From assembly GCA_016198905.1 (NCBI GenBank), contig JACQHR010000041.1:15434-79433 (forward strand): DNA of 64,000 nt, given 5' to 3'. This document shows positions 50,410 to 60,287 of this stretch, piece after piece (position 1 is the stretch's first letter; the number at the start of each line of letters is the position of its first letter). The position numbers and the translations under genes are program-made. The notes under the pieces are model-generated. The model ran no database searches. It was given only the letters and a program-made list of their open reading frames with translations, and had not been told where the DNA came from. This DNA comes from Candidatus Omnitrophota bacterium. GTDB lineage: Bacteria > Omnitrophota > Gorgyraeia > Aquiviventales > Aquiviventaceae.

Positions 50410-51480
50410 GTGGAAACCTTGTGGGTTACCCACGCGCGACTTGTGACGCCCCGCGGGACGCGTGAGGGCGCGGTGAAAGTCGTTCGAGGGCGCATCGCAG
50501 AGATTCGCACGCAGGCACCGCAACAGGGAAAACGCGTGAACCTGACAGGTGCGTATCTCGCGCCAGGGTTCATTGATCTGCACATTTGGGGAGACCCCCA
50601 CATCGTGTCGAGCGACGCGGCGCGCACGGGCACGACGGCGTTCTTAAGCGCTACCGGCCCAGCCTCGGCGGCATCGCTGCTGAAATACCTGGCGTTCATT
50701 AACGCGCAACGAGGATTGGAAGGCGCGCGATGCCTCGGAGCCCATCTGGAAGGGCCCTTTCTCAATCCGGTCCGTGCCGGCGCGTTGTCGGCGCGAGGCA
50801 TGCGCCGGCCGACAGCGACGGAGCTGCGCGCCATGGCGCGCACCGGGTGCGTGAAGCTCATGACGATCGCCCCCGAATTGCCCGGAGCCGCTGAGGCCAT
50901 TCGATGGTGCCGCGCGCACGGCATCGCGGCTTCGCTCGGACATAGCGATGCGGATGCCGCGACGGCGGTACGGGCGATCGAAGCCGGCGCCTCAGCGGTA
51001 ACACACGTGTTTAATGGGATGCGGCCCTTGCACCATCGCGTCCCATCGTTGCTTGATGTCGCGTTGACCGACCCGCGGCTGACCACGATGGTCATTCTCG
51101 ACGGTGTGCATATCAGCCCGTCGGCGTTTCGGCTGCTCGTGCGCGCCAAAGGGCCGGACCGAGTCGCCCTGGTGACGGATTCGATTCGCCATCAAGGATG
51201 GGATGTCGTTTCACGGCGTGGGGCGTACTACACGCGGAGAGGAACCCTCGCGGGTAGCCGGTTGACGATGATAAAGGCCGTTCAGCACGCCGTGGAGTAC
51301 GGCGATGTTCCACTGGCCGACGCGGTGCGCATGGCGGCGCAGGTGCCTGCGACGCTGCTCGGGCTGCAACAGGAGTATGGGGCGCTGGCGGTCGGCAAGC
51401 GGGCGGATCTGGTGGCGTTTGATCGGCAGTTTCGTGTTCGGATGACGATGGTCAGCGGCACCGTCGTCCACAGCCATTAG
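50410..51480 (+). CDS. nagA: N-acetylglucosamine-6-phosphate deacetylase
   Basis: PGFIDLHIWG, HLEGPFLNP, GHSDA, and THVFNGM motifs of the amidohydrolase NagA family. Confidence 0.85.
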   Translation: METLWVTHARLVTPRGTREGAVKVVRGRIAEIRTQAPQQGKRVNLTGAYLAPGFIDLHIWGDPHIVSSDAARTGTTAFLSATGPASAASLLKYLAFINAQRGLEGARCLGAHLEGPFLNPVRAGALSARGMRRPTATELRAMARTGCVKLMTIAPELPGAAEAIRWCRAHGIAASLGHSDADAATAVRAIEAGASAVTHVFNGMRPLHHRVPSLLDVALTDPRLTTMVILDGVHISPSAFRLLVRAKGPDRVALVTDSIRHQGWDVVSRRGAYYTRRGTLAGSRLTMIKAVQHAVEYGDVPLADAVRMAAQVPATLLGLQQEYGALAVGKRADLVAFDRQFRVRMTMVSGTVVHSH

Positions 51481-51493
51481 CGAGGGACGTCAA

Positions 51494-53332
51494 ATGTGCG
51501 GGATTGTCGGATATGTCGGCAGCGCGCCGGTGTCGGAGACCATCCTCGATGCGCTCAGCCGTCTGGAGTATCGCGGGTACGACTCCGCGGGCATCGCGAT
51601 CCTGAATAGCAAGGGATTGGAAGTTCGCAAGCGCACCGGCAAGCTCAAAGCGCTGGCGGAAGCCTTGCAACAGGAGCCCGTGGAGGGGCACATCGGCATC
51701 GGGCACACCCGATGGGCGACCCACGGGGAACCGACCGAGGTCAACGCGCATCCGCACACGGACTGCACCGGGACGCTTGCCATCGTCCACAACGGCATCA
51801 TCGAGAACTACGCGGAGCTGAAAGAGCGGCTCCTGGCGCAGGGCCACACGTTTCGCTCGCAGACGGATACCGAAATCTTCGCGCACCTCGTCGAAGAGTT
51901 CCTGAAGGCCCACCCCATCGACGCCGCGTTTCGCCTCGCGCTCAAAGAGCTCAAAGGATCGTACGCGGTCGTCCTGGTCAGCGCGCGCGAGCCGCACCGG
52001 CTCTTCGGCGCGCGCAATGCCAGCCCACTCATCGTCGGCGTGGGCAAAGGGGAAACGTTCTTTGCGAGCGACGTGCCCGCGATCCTCGAGCGGACGCGCA
52101 GCGTGGTCTACCTCAACGATCACGAAGCGGTTGAGCTGACCGTCGACGGGCCGCGCCTCACGACGCTCGAGGGCAAACCTATCCGCCGGCAGCCGACCAA
52201 AATCGAATGGAACCTCGCCGCCGCGCGCAAGGGCGGGTTCCCCCACTTCATGCTCAAGGAGATTCACGAGCAGCCCGCCGCGATTGAGCAGACGCTCATG
52301 AATCGGCTCGATCCGGCCAAGGCGCGCGTGACGTTCGACCGAAAAACGAAAGCGTTTCTCGACACGCTGCACGCCAACGAGCGCGTCATCATCATCGCCT
52401 GCGGCACGGCCTACCATGCGGGCGTCGTCGGGGAATACATGCTCGAAGAGTTCGTCCGGATTCCCGTCGACGTGGATCTGGCCAGCGAGTTTCGCTATCG
52501 CGATCCCATGCTCGATCGCCGCACGACCGTGATCGCGATCACGCAATCCGGCGAGACCGCGGACACGCTAGCCGGTGTGCGGCTGGCCAAAGAGCACGGA
52601 GCCAAAATCCTGACCATCTGTAATGTGATGGGCTCCTCCATCGCGCGCGCTTCCGACGCGGTCATCTACACGCACGCCGGACCGGAAATCGCCGTCGCCT
52701 CGACCAAGGCCTACACCTCGCAAGTCACCGCACTGGCGCTGCTCACGCTCTATCTTGCGAAGAAGCGCGGGCATCTCAGCGGAGCGCCGTGGCGTCGTCT
52801 GGTCGAGGGATTGGCGAACGTGCCGCGTCTGATCGAACAAGCCTTGCAGGCGGAGCCGGAGATCAAGGCGATCGCCGCCAAGTACGCCGCCGCGCGCAAC
52901 TTCTACTATTTAGGGCGCCGCTACAATGTCCCGACGGCGCTCGAAGGGGCGCTGAAGCTCAAGGAAATCTGCCCGCTCATCCACGCGGAAGGGTACGCCG
53001 CAGGGGAGATGAAGCATGGGCCGATCTCGCTCATCCGCGACGGCTGGCCCGTCGTGGTGATCGCGACCCACTCCTCCGTGTACGACAAGGTCGTCTCCAA
53101 CATCGAGGAAGTCCGCGCCCGCAAAGGCCACTGCATCGTCATCGCCTCCGAAGGCGACCACGCGATCAAGCGCCACGCCAATAGCCTGATTACCGTGCCA
53201 AAGACCGAAGAGATCTTCTCGCCGATCATCGCCGCCATTCCGTCGCAGCTATTCGCCTATTACGTGGCGGACGCCAACGGCTGCGACATCGATCAGCCGC
53301 CCAACCTCGCGAAGAGCGTCACGGTGGAATGA
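51494..53332 (+). CDS. glmS: glutamine--fructose-6-phosphate aminotransferase
   Basis: MCGIVGYVG with the Ntn Cys. Two SIS domains (ACGTAYHAG, TQSGETADT). C-terminal AKSVTVE. Confidence 0.95.
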   Translation: MCGIVGYVGSAPVSETILDALSRLEYRGYDSAGIAILNSKGLEVRKRTGKLKALAEALQQEPVEGHIGIGHTRWATHGEPTEVNAHPHTDCTGTLAIVHNGIIENYAELKERLLAQGHTFRSQTDTEIFAHLVEEFLKAHPIDAAFRLALKELKGSYAVVLVSAREPHRLFGARNASPLIVGVGKGETFFASDVPAILERTRSVVYLNDHEAVELTVDGPRLTTLEGKPIRRQPTKIEWNLAAARKGGFPHFMLKEIHEQPAAIEQTLMNRLDPAKARVTFDRKTKAFLDTLHANERVIIIACGTAYHAGVVGEYMLEEFVRIPVDVDLASEFRYRDPMLDRRTTVIAITQSGETADTLAGVRLAKEHGAKILTICNVMGSSIARASDAVIYTHAGPEIAVASTKAYTSQVTALALLTLYLAKKRGHLSGAPWRRLVEGLANVPRLIEQALQAEPEIKAIAAKYAAARNFYYLGRRYNVPTALEGALKLKEICPLIHAEGYAAGEMKHGPISLIRDGWPVVVIATHSSVYDKVVSNIEEVRARKGHCIVIASEGDHAIKRHANSLITVPKTEEIFSPIIAAIPSQLFAYYVADANGCDIDQPPNLAKSVTVE

Positions 53333-53338
53333 CGGACG

Positions 53339-54043
53339 ATGGCCGGAACGCTCTCCATCGTCGCCACACCCATCGGCAACCTCAAAGACATCACGCTGCG
53401 GGCGATTGATACGCTCAAATCCGCCGACCTCATTGCGTGCGAAGATACGCGGCACGCCTCGATTCTTTTGAAGACGTATGACATCCGCACCCCGACGACG
53501 AGTTATCACAGTTACAGCACCGCAGGCAAGGAAGACCGGTTGCTCGACACGCTCCGCGAAGGGAAGCACGTGGCCTTGATCTCCGACGCAGGGCTCCCGG
53601 GCATTTCTGACCCAGGTGCGGGGCTCATCCAGCGCGCGATCGCCGCACACATGTCCGTGACGGTGATTCCCGGGGCGACCGCGGCACTCGCCGCATTGGT
53701 GCTCTCGGGTTTTCCGACGGATCGTTTTCTCTTTGAAGGCTTTCTTCCGGTGAAGGCGGGGGCGCGGACGACGCGGCTTGAAGCCTTGCGGGCCGAAACC
53801 CGCACGGTCGTCTTGTACGAGTCTCCGCATCGGCTGCTGAAGACGCTCGAGGCTGTGGAAACGGTGTTCGGGGACATCCCGCTTTCCGTGAGCCGAGAGC
53901 TGACCAAGTATTTTGAGGAGACGCGGCGCGAACCGGTCAGCCAGGCGCGGGCCCATTTCGCGGCGCATCCGCCGAAAGGCGAGTTTGTCATCGTGATCCC
54001 TCCCAAACGTCGACGAGACCATGGCGAACACGATTCATCCTAG
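53339..54043 (+). CDS. rsmI: 16S rRNA (cytidine1402-2'-O)-methyltransferase
   Basis: LSIVATPIGNLKDITLRAIDTLKSADLIACEDTRH ... SDAGLPGISDPG. Confidence 0.9.
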   Translation: MAGTLSIVATPIGNLKDITLRAIDTLKSADLIACEDTRHASILLKTYDIRTPTTSYHSYSTAGKEDRLLDTLREGKHVALISDAGLPGISDPGAGLIQRAIAAHMSVTVIPGATAALAALVLSGFPTDRFLFEGFLPVKAGARTTRLEALRAETRTVVLYESPHRLLKTLEAVETVFGDIPLSVSRELTKYFEETRREPVSQARAHFAAHPPKGEFVIVIPPKRRRDHGEHDSS

Positions 54044-54893
54044 CGCGATCATCGGCAAGCGCGTGCAGTTAGGCGACGGCAACGACATCGGTCCGGGATG
54101 CGTCCTAGAAGAGGGCGTCGTGCTCGGCTCGCGCAATCGGTTGTGGATGAACGTGTACCTAGGATTCGGCACGACGCTGGGCGATGAGAATCAGCTCCAC
54201 ATGGGCGCGGTCGTCGGGCACCTTCCGCAAGATCACGCCTTCACCGGAGCGCCGAGCTACACGCGCATCGGCCATCGCAACACCGTTCGCGAGTACGTGA
54301 CCATTCACCGGGGCGCGACCGCGGACTCATCGACCATCGTGGGCGACGAGAACTTTCTCATGACGGGCGCGCACCTGGGCCACAATTGCCGCGTGGGCCA
54401 TCGCACCACCCTCGTGAACCTCGCCACGTTCGCGGGGCACTGCCAGATCGATGATGGCGCGATCGTCTCCGGCATGGTCGTGGTGCATCAGTTCGTCCGC
54501 ATTGGAACGCTCGCGATGATCAGCGGACTCTCGGCGGTCAATAAAGACGTGCCAGCGTTCATGCTCTGCGGCGGACGTCCCGCGGTGATTCAAGGGCTCA
54601 ACGTCGTGGGGTTGCGCCGCGCAGGATTGACCGCCGAGGTTCGTGAAGAGATCAAGAAAGCCTACAAGCTCCTCTATCGTTCCGGACTGAACGTGGCGCA
54701 CGCCGTTGAGGCGATCGAGCGCGAATGCCGTTCACCGCAAGTCCATGCGATACTTGAGGTGGTGAAGCAATCGACTCGAGGAATTTGCGCCGGCATCGGC
54801 GCAGAAGACGCCGAAGAGGGCGAGTCCATCCTCCCCCGCAAGACGATGCGAACGACGAGCGCAGAAACCGGAGAGCGGGAGACAGAAGTCTAG
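54021..54893 (+). CDS. lpxA: acyl-ACP--UDP-N-acetylglucosamine O-acyltransferase
   Basis: IHPSAIIG start, left-handed beta-helix hexapeptide repeats, and an LpxA-type helical C-terminal domain plus an acidic tail. Confidence 0.85.
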   Translation: MANTIHPSAIIGKRVQLGDGNDIGPGCVLEEGVVLGSRNRLWMNVYLGFGTTLGDENQLHMGAVVGHLPQDHAFTGAPSYTRIGHRNTVREYVTIHRGATADSSTIVGDENFLMTGAHLGHNCRVGHRTTLVNLATFAGHCQIDDGAIVSGMVVVHQFVRIGTLAMISGLSAVNKDVPAFMLCGGRPAVIQGLNVVGLRRAGLTAEVREEIKKAYKLLYRSGLNVAHAVEAIERECRSPQVHAILEVVKQSTRGICAGIGAEDAEEGESILPRKTMRTTSAETGERETEV

Positions 54894-54904
54894 CGAAATA
54901 GCCG

Positions 54905-54934
54905 TTGACAGATTCAACGGTTCTTTAGTATAAT
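54905..54934 (+). promoter_or_regulatory. consensus sigma70 promoter of the pyr operon
   Basis: TTGACA (54905-54910), an 18-nt spacer, then TATAAT (54929-54934). Confidence 0.55.
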
Positions 54935-54950
54935 AACTCCAACGTTCGCA

Positions 54951-54982
54951 CCTTTAAGGCCCGTCCTGTGAGGCGGGAAAGG
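54951..54982 (+). promoter_or_regulatory. PyrR-binding RNA hairpin (anti-antiterminator)
   Basis: CCUUUAAGGCCCGUCCUGUGAGGCGGGAAAGG. Stems are CCUUU/AAAGG and CCCG/CGGG. The loop UCCUGUGAGG is close to the PyrR consensus UCCAGAGAGG. Confidence 0.65.
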
Positions 54983-55008
54983 CACATGACGCACACACAT
55001 CTTCCTGA

Positions 55009-56601
<1,593 letters not shown>

Positions 56602-56621
<20 letters not shown>

Positions 56622-57876
56622 GGGCGGACGCGTCATCGATCCGTCGCAGACGCGCGATGGCGCGGCGGATGTGTTGATCGAGGAGGGCCACATCGCGGCG
56701 GTCGACACCGCCATTCCAGTAAACGGCGCTCGTGTGCTTGACGTCAGCGGCAAGATTGTCGCACCCGGACTCGTCGATCTGCACACGCATTTGCGGCAAC
56801 CCGGGCGCGAGGACAAAGAGACCATCGAAACCGGCTGCCGTGCGGCGCGGCGCGGCGGGTTTACGACGATCTGCGCGATGCCCAATACGACGCCCGCGAT
56901 GGACCAGCGGGGGATTGTCGACTTCGTGCATCAGGAGGCCGAACGGCTGGGGCTCGTGAGCGTGCGGACGATCGGCGCGATCACGAAAGGCCGCCAAGGG
57001 CGCGAGCTGACGGACTTCAGCGAGCTCTTTGATGCCGGATGCATCGCCCTCTCCGATGACGGGAATCCGGTCGCCGACGGCTTCTTGATGCGCCGGGCGC
57101 TCGAGTACGCCAAAGTGTTTGACCGTCCGCTCATTCAGCACGCCGAAGACCCGGCCCTCGTCGCCGGCGGCGTGATGCACGAAGGGCTCGTCTCGACGAC
57201 GTTAGGCTTGCGAGGCATTCCGAGCGAAGCAGAATCCATCATGGTCGCGCGCGACATCGCGCTTGCAGAGCTGACGGGCGGGTGGGTCCATGTCGCGCAT
57301 CTGTCCAGCGCGCAGTCCGTCGAGCTCATCCGCCAGGCGAAGCGGCGCGGCGTGCACGTCACGTGCGAAGTGACCCCGCACCACCTGGCCCTCACCCACG
57401 AAGCCGTCGGGGAGTTCGACACGCGAGCCAAAGTGAATCCCCCGTTGCGGACCGAAAAAGATCGCGCGAGTCTTGTTGAGGGGCTGCGCGATGGGACGAT
57501 TGATTGCATTGCCACCGATCACGCGCCGCATACCGACTGGGAAAAAGAAGCCGACTTCGACGCGGCTCCCTTCGGCATCAGCGGCCTGGAAACGGCGTTG
57601 GCGGTCTGCGTGGAGGCGCTCATCACGACCAAGGTTCTGACGTGGAGCCAGCTCATCGAGAAGCTCGCCACGGCGCCGGCGCGCATCGCGGACCTCCGTG
57701 CCGGGACGCTCGCTGTTGGAGCCAGCGCCGATCTGGTTGTCATCGATCCATCGGCGCACTGGACCGTCGAGCCGCAGCGGTTTGTCTCGAAAGGCCGCCA
57801 CTCGCCCTTTGCAGGGCGCGTGGTCACAGGAGCGGTGGAGCGCGTGTGCTACCGCGGAGTCGAGTCGGAACCATGA
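56602..57876 (+). CDS. pyrC: dihydroorotase
   Basis: [28 protein letters not shown], and TDHAPH motifs. Confidence 0.9.
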
Positions 57877-59048
57877 GGACAGCAACACGAGTGGCGTGGC
57901 TGGTCTTGGAGGACGGCACGGCGTTTCGAGGCCGAGCCGTCGGCGCTGATGGCGAAGTCTTCGGCGAAGCGGTGTTCAATACCGCCATGACCGGCTACCA
58001 AGAAATCCTCACCGACCCTTCCTATAAAGGGCAGATCGTGTGCATGACGTATCCGCACATCGGCAACTACGGCGTCAACGACGAAGACGTCGAGTCGCGA
58101 CGGCCGTGGGTCGAAGGGTTCATTCTCCGTGAACTCTCTCCTGTGGCGAGCAATTTCCGTTCGCAGGAGTCCCTGGACGCGTACTTCACGCGCCATCACG
58201 TGGTGGCCATCGACGAGGTCGACACGCGAGCGCTCACGCTCATCTTGCGCCGGCGCGGCACGATGAAAGCGGGACTCTCCACGACGGAACCGGACCCCCA
58301 GCGGCTGCTGCAGCGCGTGCGCGACTCGGCCGACATCGAAGGCGCCGATCTCGTCAAGACGGTCACGTGCGAGGCGCCGTATGACTGGCCCCCAAAACAG
58401 GGGCAGGGGGCGGGAGACGCGGGGCGGGAAAAATCTTCGGCGACTGTTTTTGCCTACCCCACGCCCCACGCCCCACGCCCCATCGATATTGTGGTGATGG
58501 ATTTCGGCGTGAAGTTCAACATCCTCCGGCAGCTCGCAGCCCGTGGCTGTCGTGTCACGGTTGTTCCGGCCACGACGGCGGCGGCGGACATCCTCGCGCA
58601 GAAGCCGGACGGCGTCGTGCTCTCCAACGGGCCGGGCGATCCCGCGGCGGTGACGTATGCCATCGCGACCATTCAAAACCTCATGGGGCACGTGCCGATG
58701 CTGGGGATCTGCCTGGGCCACCAGCTCCTCGGCCTGGCGTACGGCGGAGAAACCTTCAAGCTCAAGTTCGGCCATCACGGCGGCAACCACCCGGTGCAAG
58801 ATCTCGAGACACAGAAAGTCGAGATCACCACGCAGAACCACAACTTTGCCGTGCGGATGGAGTCCATCCCCGGCCGGCACGTTGAGGTGACGCACAAGAA
58901 TCTCAATGACGGCACCGTTGAAGGCATGCGCCATCAGGAGTTGCCGATCGTGAGTCTGCAGTACCACCCCGAAGCCGCCCCCGGCCCGCACGACGCGCGG
59001 TATTTCTTCCAACGCTTCCTCGATCTCGTGGAGGGCGTGCATGCCTAA
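57873..59048 (+). CDS. carA: carbamoyl-phosphate synthase small (glutaminase) subunit
   Basis: LVLEDGTAFRGRAVGA...GEAVFNTAMTGYQEILTDPSY. GATase with GICLGHQLL and HHGGNHPV. ATGA overlap with pyrC. Confidence 0.9.
   Translation: MRTATRVAWLVLEDGTAFRGRAVGADGEVFGEAVFNTAMTGYQEILTDPSYKGQIVCMTYPHIGNYGVNDEDVESRRPWVEGFILRELSPVASNFRSQESLDAYFTRHHVVAIDEVDTRALTLILRRRGTMKAGLSTTEPDPQRLLQRVRDSADIEGADLVKTVTCEAPYDWPPKQGQGAGDAGREKSSATVFAYPTPHAPRPIDIVVMDFGVKFNILRQLAARGCRVTVVPATTAAADILAQKPDGVVLSNGPGDPAAVTYAIATIQNLMGHVPMLGICLGHQLLGLAYGGETFKLKFGHHGGNHPVQDLETQKVEITTQNHNFAVRMESIPGRHVEVTHKNLNDGTVEGMRHQELPIVSLQYHPEAAPGPHDARYFFQRFLDLVEGVHA
58457..58482. repeat. tandem heptanucleotide array (ccccacg x3 plus partial) inside the carA linker
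   Basis: ccccacg ccccacg ccccacg cccca. It is preceded at 58400-58428 by a G-rich partly complementary arm with 7-nt periodicity. Confidence 0.8.
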
Positions 59049-60282
59049 ATTCATTGCGGATTTCCACATCCACTCCCGCTACAGCCGGGCGTGCTCGAAA
59101 TCTCTGACCATCCAAGAACTCGCCAAGTGGGCGAAGATCAAAGGCATCGGCGTCCTCGGCACCGGCGATTTCACACACCCGTTGTGGCTCCAGGACATCA
59201 AAGACGCGGCGCGCGACACGGGCCACGGGCTCTTCGAGTGCCAGGGCACGCAGTTCATCTTAACCGCGGAAGTCAACACGCTCTTCTACAAGCACGGCAA
59301 AGCGCATCAGATTCACCACGTGCTGCTCGCCCCAAGCCTCGAGGCGGTGGAGCGCATCAATCGCGAGCTCGAGGCGTTTGGCGATCTCAGTCTCGATGGC
59401 CGGCCGATGCTGCGGATGGAGGCGTGGCGGCTCGTCGAAATCGTCCTCGGTGTTGAGCCGCGTTGCCTCGTGGTCCCGGCGCACGTGTGGACGCCGTGGT
59501 TTGCGCTCTTTGGCTCGACCTCCGGGTTCGATGCGATCGAGGAGTGCTTCGAGCAGCAGACCGGCAACATCTTCGCGCTCGAAACCGGGCTCTCGTCGGA
59601 TCCCGCAATGAACTGGCGCTTGAGCGCGCTCGACCGCTACACGCTGCTCTCCAATTCCGATTCCCACTCCGCGCGGCGCATCGGGCGCGAGGCCAATCTC
59701 TTTGAGTGCGAGCAGGACTACGAGACGATCGTGGGCGCGATCAAGACGAAGGATCGGGCCAAGCTGCGCGGCACGCTCGAGTTCTTTCCGGAAGAAGGCA
59801 AATACCATTACGACGGGCATCGCGCGTGCGGCGTGCGCTGGTCGCCTGAAGACACGAAGCGCCACGGGTTGCGCTGCACCGGCTGCGGCAAGAAGGTGAC
59901 CGTCGGCGTCATGCATCGCGTGGACGCGTTGGCCGACCGGGCCGAAGGATTCGCGCCGCCCAACGCGATCCCCTTCACCCGCGTCGTACCGCTCGACGAG
60001 ATCATCGCGGAAGCGCTGTCCGTCGGGGTGGGCACGCAGGCGGTGGAACGCGACTATCAACAGCTCATCTATAAATGCGGCACCGAACTGGATGTCCTGC
60101 TGACGGTTCCTGAGGAGACGTTGCGAAAAGCTGCGACCGAACGCGTCGTTGAGGGTATTCTGCGCATGCGCCAGGGACGCCTCGTGGTCGAACCCGGCTA
60201 CGATGGGGTCTATGGCACGGTGCGCCTGTTCGACGAGGAACAGCCGGCCCAACCCGAGGAGCAGCAGTTGACGTTGTTTTAA
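59041..60282 (+). CDS. PHP-domain endonuclease Q-like protein
   Basis: [17 protein letters not shown] motif, [24 protein letters not shown], the zinc ribbon [16 protein letters not shown], and the C-terminal PGYDGVYG. The pattern matches Pyrococcus EndoQ as I recall it. Confidence 0.75.
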   Translation: MPKFIADFHIHSRYSRACSKSLTIQELAKWAKIKGIGVLGTGDFTHPLWLQDIKDAARDTGHGLFECQGTQFILTAEVNTLFYKHGKAHQIHHVLLAPSLEAVERINRELEAFGDLSLDGRPMLRMEAWRLVEIVLGVEPRCLVVPAHVWTPWFALFGSTSGFDAIEECFEQQTGNIFALETGLSSDPAMNWRLSALDRYTLLSNSDSHSARRIGREANLFECEQDYETIVGAIKTKDRAKLRGTLEFFPEEGKYHYDGHRACGVRWSPEDTKRHGLRCTGCGKKVTVGVMHRVDALADRAEGFAPPNAIPFTRVVPLDEIIAEALSVGVGTQAVERDYQQLIYKCGTELDVLLTVPEETLRKAATERVVEGILRMRQGRLVVEPGYDGVYGTVRLFDEEQPAQPEEQQLTLF

Positions 60283-60287
60283 AGACG

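Noticed and set aside
51481-51493. A possible glmS ribozyme upstream of glmS.
   Set aside because: Only 13 nt separate the nagA stop from the glmS start, so there is no room for the ~170-nt ribozyme.
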